In this document: positions 1 through 7,402 of the stretch, in pieces
Layout: each line of letters starts with the position of its first letter
Numbering within the stretch: the first letter of the stretch is position 1
DNA from: an archaeon
GTDB taxonomy: Archaea; B1Sed10-29; JAJSAI01
Direction of reading: 5' to 3'
Length of the DNA: 41,980 bases
Assembly (NCBI GenBank): GCA_024274695.1
Contig: JAJSAI010000023.1
Span: 1 to 41,980 of the forward strand
The notes under the pieces: model-generated
The model's input: the letters and a program-made list of their open reading frames with translations, nothing else
What the model was told of the DNA's origin: nothing
The model's database searches: none
Position numbers and translations under genes: made by a program

Positions 1-694
1 CTATGGCAAGGTCACTCTTGCCCTTAGCAGCGGCCATAACCGAAACAACAAGTTCAGGAAGGGATGTCCCGAGGGCGACTGCCGTTGCCGCGATCACGCT
101 AGTGCCAACACCTAAAAGGCCGGAAAGGACGACAACAGACTTCACCACGTACCTCGCTCCAAAGTACAGTAGTATCGAACTCACCGTAACCCCCAGGACC
201 GCTGACCACGCGCTTCCCTCAGGTTTCGCTCCAGTGTTGTTCCTCTTCATCCCAACAAGGTAAAGAGAGTATATCACGAAAAGAAGAAGGCCTATGACCG
301 CCTCCGCGAATGAGAAGACCCCGTCAATTGCGGAGATTATGAGGAAAAAAGTAGACCCAAACAAAAAGCAGATATCCACGTGCAGAAAGTTATATCCTAC
401 TTTTATAGTCTTCCCCACGAGGGCCGCAAGACCCAGCACCAAGAACACGTTAGCAATATTAGACCCGATCACGTTCCCAGCAACTATGTCAGGACTTCCC
501 TGCACCACCGCGAATAGTGATGACGCGAACTCAGGGAGGGATGTTCCAACGGCCACAACAGTAACACCAAGAATGAACGAAGGTATTCCGAAAAACAGAC
601 CCAACCTTTCAGCGGATTTTGTAAAATATTCTGCGGAGTACAGTAGCGTGAAAAGACTGGCCGCGAATACAAGTGCCCACCATAACAACAGCAT
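1..694 (-). CDS. Ca2+/Na+ antiporter, CaCA (YrbG-like) family; runs off the window start
   Basis: Not in the ORF track. Manual minus-strand translation from ATG at 694 gives MLLLWWALVFAASLFTLLYSAEYFTKSAERLG...VAVGTSLPEFASS...AGNVIGSNIAN...VALGTSLPELVVS, with both alpha-repeat GTSLPE motifs and GSNIAN. The + strand ORFs 3..263 and 294..770 are its antisense shadows. Confidence 0.93.
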   Translation of the reverse strand, partial: MLLLWWALVFAASLFTLLYSAEYFTKSAERLGLFFGIPSFILGVTVVAVGTSLPEFASSLFAVVQGSPDIVAGNVIGSNIANVFLVLGLAALVGKTIKVGYNFLHVDICFLFGSTFFLIISAIDGVFSFAEAVIGLLLFVIYSLYLVGMKRNNTGAKPEGSAWSAVLGVTVSSILLYFGARYVVKSVVVLSGLLGVGTSVIAATAVALGTSLPELVVSVMAAAKGKSDLAI

Positions 695-724
695 GCGAGA
701 TCACTTTGTGAAACCGGGTACTGT

Positions 725-746
725 TAAAAAAGAAACATTTATAAAT
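725..746 (+). promoter_or_regulatory. Putative BRE/TATA promoter for the Lys/Thr-rich gene
   Basis: A purine run (aaaaaagaaac) is followed by TTTATAAA at 738-745, about 50 nt upstream of the ATG at 791. GGAG RBS at 784-787. Confidence 0.55.
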
Positions 747-790
747 AATTCCATATTTTTAAAACCATAGAAAAGATTTTGAAGGAGATA

Positions 791-1090
791 ATGATGGCCG
801 TCAAAAAAACGACCAAAAGGACTGCGAAAAGAAAGTGCGCCAAGAAGACAGTGAAGAAGAAGACAACCAAAAAGAAGACCACAACCAAAAAAACAACCAC
901 CAAGAAAAAAACAACCAAAAAGAAAACAACAACAAAGAAAAAGACAGTGAAGAAGACAGCAAAGAAAGCCACCAAAAAGAAAACAACCACGAAGAAGAAG
1001 ACAACCAAAAAGAAGACCACAACCAAAAAAACAACCACCAAGAAAAAAACAACCAAAAAGAAAACAACAACAAAGAAAAAGAAGAAGTAA
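791..1090 (+). CDS. Highly basic Lys/Thr low-complexity protein (histone H1-tail-like, candidate nucleic-acid condensing protein)
   Basis: MMAVKKTTKRTAKRKCAKKTVKKKTTKKK...KKKKK. Hand count: 50 K and 36 T in 99 aa, with no acidic or aromatic residue. It has an RBS (GAAGGAG), an upstream TATA box and a T-run after the stop. Mixed AAA/AAG and ACA/ACC codons support coding. Confidence 0.8.
   Translation: MMAVKKTTKRTAKRKCAKKTVKKKTTKKKTTTKKTTTKKKTTKKKTTTKKKTVKKTAKKATKKKTTTKKKTTKKKTTTKKTTTKKKTTKKKTTTKKKKK
853..1082 (+). repeat. Exact 92-bp direct repeat (853-944 and 991-1082) inside the Lys/Thr gene
   Basis: Base-by-base identical copies, offset 138 nt (46 codons), in frame. Confidence 0.9.
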
Positions 1091-1094
1091 ATCC

Positions 1095-1176
1095 TTTTTT
1101 CAAACGCAGTCCGGCTGACGTGTTTGCTCCTGTCCGGAGGACAGGAAGGAGTCAAAACCCCGCCATTCTCTTTTTT
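1095..1176. terminator. Intergenic hairpin and T-tracts between convergent genes
   Basis: TCCTGTCC (1128-1135), GGA loop, GGACAGGA (1139-1146) form a perfect 8-bp stem. T6 runs at 1095-1100 and 1171-1176. Confidence 0.45.
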
Positions 1177-2431
1177 AAATTATTTTTCCAGGGAAAACCC
1201 ATCCCGGACCAAAGTAGTGGTCTCTTTGCTCAGGGTCTCCTGCGAGGGAAATATTCTTCATGACATTGAAGAAGTTGCCTACGAGGACACAGTTTCGGAC
1301 AGGCCTCACTGGAACGCCTTCTTCCAGTACCGCTCCAGAGGAAACCTCCAGGCTGAAATCACCCGTCAGGTGATTGCACGTGTGGACTCCTAAAACATCG
1401 CGCACCATCACTCCAGAAACTTCTTCCATCTTCATCTGTTCTTTGGATGAGAACACGAGGTTTGTGGGGTGCTCGTGAACGCCGCCCGCGCTACGGTGCG
1501 CGTGGCCGGTGGGGTTCTCGCCTGAAAGCCAGCAGGACGTCAGGTCGCGCACAAGGTTTTTCAGTACACCGTCTTCTATTACAGGCAGTACTCTGGATTT
1601 TACTCCCTCGTGGTCGTAATCTCTGGAGTACAGTCCCTTCTCAAGCTTAGGCTCGTCAATCACGCGCAGGTGTTCTGCCGCGACCTCCTTTCCTATCATG
1701 CCCCTGAAGATGGACTTCTTTTGTATGACCCTGTACTGGCTCAAAGCAGGCGACAGGAACGCTTCCACCAGCTCTGAGACAGTTTCAGGGGGGATGAAGA
1801 CAGTTGTTTCTCCTGAAAATCTTTTGCCCCCGCACGTGCTGGACGCGAGCCAGGCTATCCTGTCACTCAGTTCGTCTAGACTGAATTTTTCCATGCGCGT
1901 TTTCCCTTCCCACGTTTCAGTACCCTTGTAGGATATGTTGGCGTACGCGGAGTAAAAGGCCTCCTTCCATTCTATCCTTGTCCCGGAGGAGGACACTAGC
2001 AGGGACTCCTCAAGGTGCTTTGAAACACCGCACTGGGTCGGGCTCACTCCTTTTTCGGTTATGCTGCTCGTTAGGACGGCGAGCTCCTCAGCCATGTCCA
2101 GAGGGTCAGCGTGCAGGATGCTTTCGTGTGTCCTCCTCTCCCTGTTTCTTACTGGGTCCGGGAAGAAGATTCCGCCGTACTCTCTTGAATATTTTACAGT
2201 TTTCAGAACCGTTTCCACCACCTTCTCAGGGGATATGTTCCCCCAGAAGGAGCACATTCCAATTTTTTTCCCGCGGGCTACCCTAACCTGGCAGTATTCG
2301 TCAGACTCATCGCGCGCGAACTCAAGACTTCTGCCGACGGATTTCACTTCTGTACCCGATGACTTGCGCACGAACACTTCCGCGTAGTCTGCTTTCTCCG
2401 CGAGTCTCATGACCAGCTCTTCAGGATCCAC
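1175..2431 (-). CDS. pmbA: TldE/PmbA family protein
   Basis: 418 aa directly downstream of tldD. Motifs YDHEGVKS..IEDGVLKN, TGHA and GVHTCNHLTGDFSL. Lacks the HExxxH motif, as expected for the non-catalytic partner. Confidence 0.88.
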   Translation of the reverse strand: MDPEELVMRLAEKADYAEVFVRKSSGTEVKSVGRSLEFARDESDEYCQVRVARGKKIGMCSFWGNISPEKVVETVLKTVKYSREYGGIFFPDPVRNRERRTHESILHADPLDMAEELAVLTSSITEKGVSPTQCGVSKHLEESLLVSSSGTRIEWKEAFYSAYANISYKGTETWEGKTRMEKFSLDELSDRIAWLASSTCGGKRFSGETTVFIPPETVSELVEAFLSPALSQYRVIQKKSIFRGMIGKEVAAEHLRVIDEPKLEKGLYSRDYDHEGVKSRVLPVIEDGVLKNLVRDLTSCWLSGENPTGHAHRSAGGVHEHPTNLVFSSKEQMKMEEVSGVMVRDVLGVHTCNHLTGDFSLEVSSGAVLEEGVPVRPVRNCVLVGNFFNVMKNISLAGDPEQRDHYFGPGWVFPGKII

Positions 2432-3770
2432 CTATTCTCACCTTCCTAACAAGGAGGTAGGGCCCTCCGCTGGACACCCTCACGCTCTGACCTCCCTTCC
2501 CGCAGAAGCCGGGGCTGAGCTCGCCGAGTTTTCTGCCCGCGCATTCTACAGAGTGCAGGGTGTCCAGTATGCTTCCCGAGAACATCACGTTCCGGTAGAC
2601 TGTCTTCTTTTCTCCTTTTTCTATCAGGTAAGCCTTGACCGCGGCGAACTGGAATTCCCCGTTCAGCGTGGACACCTGCCCTCCGTTATCCCCTTCCAGT
2701 AACAGGCCCCTGCCGAGTTCTGACATCATCTCTTCTTCTTTCCAGTCTCCTGGAGCGAAGAATGTGTTGCTCATCCTGACCAGGGGTATTTGCCCGACCT
2801 CTTCTGCTCTCGCGTTACCCGTGGAGTGTGTTTTCATCCTGCCCGCGCTCTCTCTTGAGTGCAGGAAGGAAGACAGGATCCCGCGGTCTATTAGCACAGT
2901 CTTACGCGCGGGGACACCCTCGTGGTCCGCGTGGTATGACCCGTACTCTCCAGGCAGGGTTGGGTCGTCCACTATCGTAACCTGTTGTGAGCCTATTCTT
3001 TCTCCAAGCCGGCCCTTCAGTATGGACTCTCCTGCGAGCACTGCGTCCGCCTCGCACGCGTGCCCTATCGCTTCATGCGCCAAAAGCCCTGCTAATTCTG
3101 GGCCCATTATCACATCGTATTTTCCTGACTTCACCAGCCGTGCTTTCAGGAGTTCTAGAGCCTCTTTTTTGGCTTCTTCCGCTCTTGTGATGTCAAAAAT
3201 CTCCATTCCCGCAAGCCTGCCTATCCTTTTGCATGACTCTTGCACGCCTTTTCCGTTCTTCGCCACCGCGCAGAACATCACGAATGTTTCAGGGTACGAC
3301 TCCCAGAATTCTGTGCCTGTGTTGTCCAGGTACCCTGTTTTCACGTCAGAGTATATCATGGTCGCGGTAGTGTTCACTATCCCTTCCCCGGACATGACCT
3401 CGCACGCGTGCTTCAGCATGTCAACTGCCTCGTCAAGATCAAACTCTTTTTCTGGCTTGACCTCTGTCCTCCCGGAAGCTGTTTTCTCGTCGGATAAATC
3501 GTTAGACAGCCCTTTCACACTGCAGACTTCTGCCATACGCGCTGCTTTTTCCACAAGACCGTCCGGGCTCGGGGAGGATGCTATCCCCATGCCATTTCTA
3601 CCGATCACTCTCACAGAGTAGTCTGTGGAAAGGGTGTTCGTGAGCCTTTCAACTTTCCCGTTCCTCACGGTAATCCTGAGGGTCCTGGATGAAGAAGTTC
3701 TTCCTATGACCAGCTTTCCGGTGCTGGCGGAGAACACTGATTCCGCGAAGTCAGCCGCCAAGATGATCAC
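2421..3770 (-). CDS. tldD: TldD family metalloprotease
   Basis: HEAIGHACEAD zinc motif, DHEGVPA, STGNARA, RMSNT and C-terminal CGKGGQSVRVSSGGP. GTGA overlap with the upstream gene. Confidence 0.92.
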   Translation of the reverse strand: MIILAADFAESVFSASTGKLVIGRTSSSRTLRITVRNGKVERLTNTLSTDYSVRVIGRNGMGIASSPSPDGLVEKAARMAEVCSVKGLSNDLSDEKTASGRTEVKPEKEFDLDEAVDMLKHACEVMSGEGIVNTTATMIYSDVKTGYLDNTGTEFWESYPETFVMFCAVAKNGKGVQESCKRIGRLAGMEIFDITRAEEAKKEALELLKARLVKSGKYDVIMGPELAGLLAHEAIGHACEADAVLAGESILKGRLGERIGSQQVTIVDDPTLPGEYGSYHADHEGVPARKTVLIDRGILSSFLHSRESAGRMKTHSTGNARAEEVGQIPLVRMSNTFFAPGDWKEEEMMSELGRGLLLEGDNGGQVSTLNGEFQFAAVKAYLIEKGEKKTVYRNVMFSGSILDTLHSVECAGRKLGELSPGFCGKGGQSVRVSSGGPYLLVRKVRIGGS

Positions 3771-5116
3771 TTTTCTTTGAAGAATGATGTGATCGCACGG
3801 TACATGTTGTACAGGTCAATCTTGCTGGACACTTCAGCAGGGGAGTGCATGCTGAGCAGGCACACGCCCATGTCTATTACGTCCCCGCCGTGCTTCGCGA
3901 GAAAAGCTGCTACCGTGCCTCCTCCGCCGAGGTCTACTTTTCCGAGTTCTCCGGTCTGCCACGGGATCCCGGCCTTGTTCAGGACATTTCTTATCCACGC
4001 GAAGTACTCCGCGGTGGCCTCGCTGGAGTCGTACTTTCCTTTCCTGCCGGTGTACTTGAACACACCCACTCCCCTTCCGAGGTATGTTGCGTTTGAGGGG
4101 TCATACGCGTCCTTGTATAAGGGGTTCAGGGCAGCGCCCACGTCCGCTGATATCATCTTGGAGTCCTCCAGGAGGCGCTTGGCGTTCTCCAGGCCGCACA
4201 CTTTAGCGAAAACGTTTTCCAGAAAGCTCGTGCTGGCCCCTCCCTTGCCCACGCTACCAATCTCCTCCCTGTCAAGCAGGAAGACCGCCAGCGTGTTCTG
4301 GGGCACTGTCTTGTAGTCAAACAGGGCCCTGAGCACGGCATAGCAGCTGCTCCTGTCATCCTGACCGTAGCCGAGGACCATGCTGTTGTCCAGGCCGAGG
4401 TCCGCGGGCGGGCCCGCGGGAACAAGCTCTAGTTCTGCTGACGTGAGGTCCTCTTCTGTTATCCCGTACTTTTTGTTGAGTATCTCCAGAAGGCCCAGCT
4501 TGAATCTTTTCTTGGACCCGTTCTTTCTCCTGGAGGGCGTGTTTCCTGCGAGCACTGCCAGGGCCTCTCCTTCTATAACCTCTTCTGCCGTTTTTTTCAT
4601 TTGCTTGGCGGCAAGGTGTGGGAGCAGGTCAGGTATCACAAACACGGGGTCTCCTTGTTTTTCTCCGATGATGATGTCAACTCTTTTCCCGTCCTGCTTG
4701 AAGACAACACCGTGCATGGCGAGCGGGTGGTTGACCCACTGGTATTTTTTTATCCCGCCGTAGTAGTGGCCCTTTAGGAGCGCGAGGTCTGAGTCCTCAA
4801 CCACAGGCCGAGGCTTCAGGTCTATTCTTGGAGAGTCAGCGTGCGCCGCGGCTATCCTGAGTTCCTTCCTCCTGCCTATCACGATAAATGCAGCGGCCTT
4901 TTCTCCTGCCGTGAAATAGTATTTTTTCCCTGGTGACGGTTTCCCATCGTACTCCGTGAACCCTTTTTTCTTCGCCTGCCTAACCGCCCAGGAGACCGTC
5001 TCCCTTTCGGTCTTGCACTTTCCCAAGAATTTTTTATAGTCTTCGGCGAAGGACATGACCTTCTTCTTGTCAGCAGAGTCCCAGGATGATTTTAGCTCCC
5101 ATTCCACGCCAGCCAA
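3767..5116 (-). CDS. M18 family aminopeptidase
   Basis: Motifs AHADSPRIDLKP, HYYGGIKKYQW, IPDLLPHL, GQDDR, DREEIGS, GGGGTVA and LSMHSP. Start placed at TTG 5116 behind a GGAGGTG RBS (5124-5130). Confidence 0.92.
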   Translation of the reverse strand: MAGVEWELKSSWDSADKKKVMSFAEDYKKFLGKCKTERETVSWAVRQAKKKGFTEYDGKPSPGKKYYFTAGEKAAAFIVIGRRKELRIAAAHADSPRIDLKPRPVVEDSDLALLKGHYYGGIKKYQWVNHPLAMHGVVFKQDGKRVDIIIGEKQGDPVFVIPDLLPHLAAKQMKKTAEEVIEGEALAVLAGNTPSRRKNGSKKRFKLGLLEILNKKYGITEEDLTSAELELVPAGPPADLGLDNSMVLGYGQDDRSSCYAVLRALFDYKTVPQNTLAVFLLDREEIGSVGKGGASTSFLENVFAKVCGLENAKRLLEDSKMISADVGAALNPLYKDAYDPSNATYLGRGVGVFKYTGRKGKYDSSEATAEYFAWIRNVLNKAGIPWQTGELGKVDLGGGGTVAAFLAKHGGDVIDMGVCLLSMHSPAEVSSKIDLYNMYRAITSFFKEK

Positions 5117-5202
5117 GTAACAGCACCTCCTGAACTGTTCTATGAAAGTCCCGCCCAGCATATAAAGTTATCATTTTATAAGCGGGCGCCGTAATTTTGG
5201 TC

Positions 5203-6099
5203 ATGGAACTGACCTTTCTGGGCACAGCGAGCACCATGCCGACCAAGAAGAGGAATCATCCCGCGATCCACCTCAAGTTCAGGAACTCAAGCCTGCTGTT
5301 CGAGTGCGGGGAAGGCACCCAGAGGCAGCTCACAATAGCAGGGATATCGGCCCAGAAAATAAACGCTGTGTTCATATCCCACATGCACGGGGACCACTCG
5401 TTCGGCCTTGGGGGCCTGCTTCATTCCATGGACTTCAGGGGGAGGCAGGATGAGATATTCGTGTACGGACCGAAGGGAGGGGAAAAGGTTGTCAGGTTCT
5501 TCTGCGAGTGGCCTGGAATACAAATGCTCTTCCCCATACGCGTTACAGAAATAGAAGGTGAGATGGAACTGTACTCGGACTGCAACCTTACCGTGAAAGC
5601 GTTTCCACTTGACCATGGGATCCCCTGCTATGGGTTCTTGGTTGAAGAAAAGGTTGAAAGGAACCTTGACAAGAAGAAGCTGAAGAAGGTCGGCCTGCTG
5701 AACAGCCCACTCTGCCGGAAGCTGAAAGAAGAGGGGAGGGTCACAGTGAACGGAAGAGAAGTGAGACTGGAGGACGTCTCCAAGCCGCTCCGAAGGCCCC
5801 TGCGCGTGGGGATAGTAATGGACACCAGGCCTTTCCCGAAGCTCGTGGAGCACGTGAAGGGATGCGACCTGCTAGTATGCGAGGCGACGTTCTCCGAAGA
5901 ACTTAAAGAAAAAGCGCATGACTATGGGCACATGACAGCAAAGGACGCGGCGCGGCTCGCTAAAAAGGCAGGGGCTAAGACCCTGGTGCTCACACACTAC
6001 AGCTCAAGGTACGAGGACGAAAAGGTCTTAGAAAAGGAGGCCCGCGAGATCTTCAGAAACTCTTTCGCCTCGTACGATTTTTACAGGATTGTCCTGTGA
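5203..6099 (+). CDS. rnz: Ribonuclease Z
   Basis: MELTFLGT, ECGEGTQRQ, SHMHGDH, flexible arm region, DTRP, EATF, GHMT and LTHYSSRY. Confidence 0.95.
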   Translation: MELTFLGTASTMPTKKRNHPAIHLKFRNSSLLFECGEGTQRQLTIAGISAQKINAVFISHMHGDHSFGLGGLLHSMDFRGRQDEIFVYGPKGGEKVVRFFCEWPGIQMLFPIRVTEIEGEMELYSDCNLTVKAFPLDHGIPCYGFLVEEKVERNLDKKKLKKVGLLNSPLCRKLKEEGRVTVNGREVRLEDVSKPLRRPLRVGIVMDTRPFPKLVEHVKGCDLLVCEATFSEELKEKAHDYGHMTAKDAARLAKKAGAKTLVLTHYSSRYEDEKVLEKEAREIFRNSFASYDFYRIVL

Positions 6100-6137
6100 A
6101 GCGCATTTTTTTATACCAGTAGTGAGTCGTGTTAATC

Positions 6138-6911
6138 ATGAAAGCCCGTGTTACCTTGCTGTTGCTCGTCCTGTTAACCGCAGGGTTCTGCGTGCAGGTG
6201 GAATGGCAGGACATAAACATCAAGCTCGGGGAAAAAGGCAGTGTCAAGGTAACAGAAAGGATAATGGTCTCCTTCGAGAACGAGACGGAGGAGGCTGCGT
6301 TTGACGCGATGTCTAACGCGCATGACCTTGCGTCCTGGCAGGAGCTCGTGCCCGGCCTCCAGACTCACGTCACGGGTGCTGAAGAACCCCTTATCATAAC
6401 ATCCGGCAAGTCAGGGGGGCTTGGGATAATCTCTTTAGAGTACCCTGCAAAATCGCTGTCCCCTTCAAGGGAAGGAAGGTATCTTGTCTACCAGTTTCCC
6501 GCGAACCGGCTCTCCTTCTACTCAGAAGAAGAAAGGACCCTGAGGATTCCCGCAAAGACTACTCTCGCTATAAGCGTGCCAAACAACGACAAAATAAAAA
6601 TAACAGGGCTGGCCCCAACTCCCGTGATACCAACGTACATTGCCAACGGGGTTGAAAGGGTCACCGAATGGAGAGGTCCCTTGTCAACCCCAGAGTTCTA
6701 CTTCAAGTACAAGGTGGAGGAAACCTTGAGTGAGGCGTTCTCACTGCAGGACTTTGCAGAACAGCTGGGAAGGTTCCTTGTATCAAACCCCGCGTACACG
6801 ATCACCCTCGCGGTTTTCCTAGGGTTAATAATCGTGTACCGCAGGGAGATCTTCGGACTGCTCTCGGAGGGAAGCGTGTCAGAAGAGGAAATAGAACTCC
6901 CAAAGGAATGA
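6138..6911 (+). CDS. Hypothetical secreted, C-terminally membrane-anchored protein
   Basis: Signal peptide MKARVTLLLLVLLTAGFC, a beta-rich body, then a TM helix (YTITLAVFLGLIIVY-RR) and an acidic tail. Confidence 0.75.
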   Translation: MKARVTLLLLVLLTAGFCVQVEWQDINIKLGEKGSVKVTERIMVSFENETEEAAFDAMSNAHDLASWQELVPGLQTHVTGAEEPLIITSGKSGGLGIISLEYPAKSLSPSREGRYLVYQFPANRLSFYSEEERTLRIPAKTTLAISVPNNDKIKITGLAPTPVIPTYIANGVERVTEWRGPLSTPEFYFKYKVEETLSEAFSLQDFAEQLGRFLVSNPAYTITLAVFLGLIIVYRREIFGLLSEGSVSEEEIELPKE

Positions 6912-6918
6912 GACCCCA

Positions 6919-7299
6919 TCAAGCCTTGTTCTTCCCACGGCCTTCTTTTATCCCTCTCCTGAACACAGGAGAGAAGGGTATCCCGAGCCTGGCGGCGACC
7001 ACCTGCACCGCGTAGTCGTCGGTCATTATACCACAACCAAGGTCCCGGGCGAGGGCGAGCACGCTAACGTCCGCCTTGCTGAGCCTCGGCAGGACCCTGC
7101 CCGCAGCCTTCTTTACCTTTTCAACGCTCTCGTCAGAAGGCGCGAGGACTCTGAGCTCCCTTGAAGCCACTGCAGCCTCGGCCAGCATCCTGGACCGTCT
7201 GTCCTTAAGTTCTGCCAGCACTTCTCTGGTGGTAGCCTTTTCTCCGGAGGGGAGAGAAAGGGCGTTCAAGAACGCTGGAGCGTCCAGGACTATCATCAC
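6919..7299 (-). CDS. Nob1-like PIN-domain endonuclease without zinc ribbon
   Basis: IVLDAPAFL, TTREVLAELKD, LSKADVSVLALA and MTDDYAVQVVA match the Nob1 PIN pattern. No CxxC pairs at the C-terminus. Confidence 0.82.
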   Translation of the reverse strand: MMIVLDAPAFLNALSLPSGEKATTREVLAELKDRRSRMLAEAAVASRELRVLAPSDESVEKVKKAAGRVLPRLSKADVSVLALARDLGCGIMTDDYAVQVVAARLGIPFSPVFRRGIKEGRGKNKA

Positions 7300-7402
7300 G
7301 TAAAGGTTCTGCGCTGAAAGTTTTTATTTCAGTACGACAGAGAAGAGCAGGACCACAACGATTATTAAACAGGGAAACAGTAAACTGTGATGGTGCGGCC
7401 AA

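Noticed and set aside
3-770. Plus-strand ORFs 3..263 and 294..770
   Set aside because: Antisense shadows of the minus-strand CaCA antiporter, which has clear GTSLPE/GSNIAN motifs.
841-1090. Repeat region as a CRISPR array or non-coding satellite
   Set aside because: No constant repeat with unique spacers. Variation follows codon structure, and no cas genes are present.
739-1263. Phe/Val-rich (739..1155, 801..1103) and Asn/Gln/Glu-rich (835..1263) ORFs
   Set aside because: Alternative frames of the A-rich repeat. Only the Lys/Thr frame has an RBS, TATA box and terminator placed correctly.
6919-7299. PIN gene as a VapC toxin of a toxin-antitoxin pair
   Set aside because: No upstream antitoxin ORF, and the LSxxD and TDDYxxQ motifs fit Nob1.
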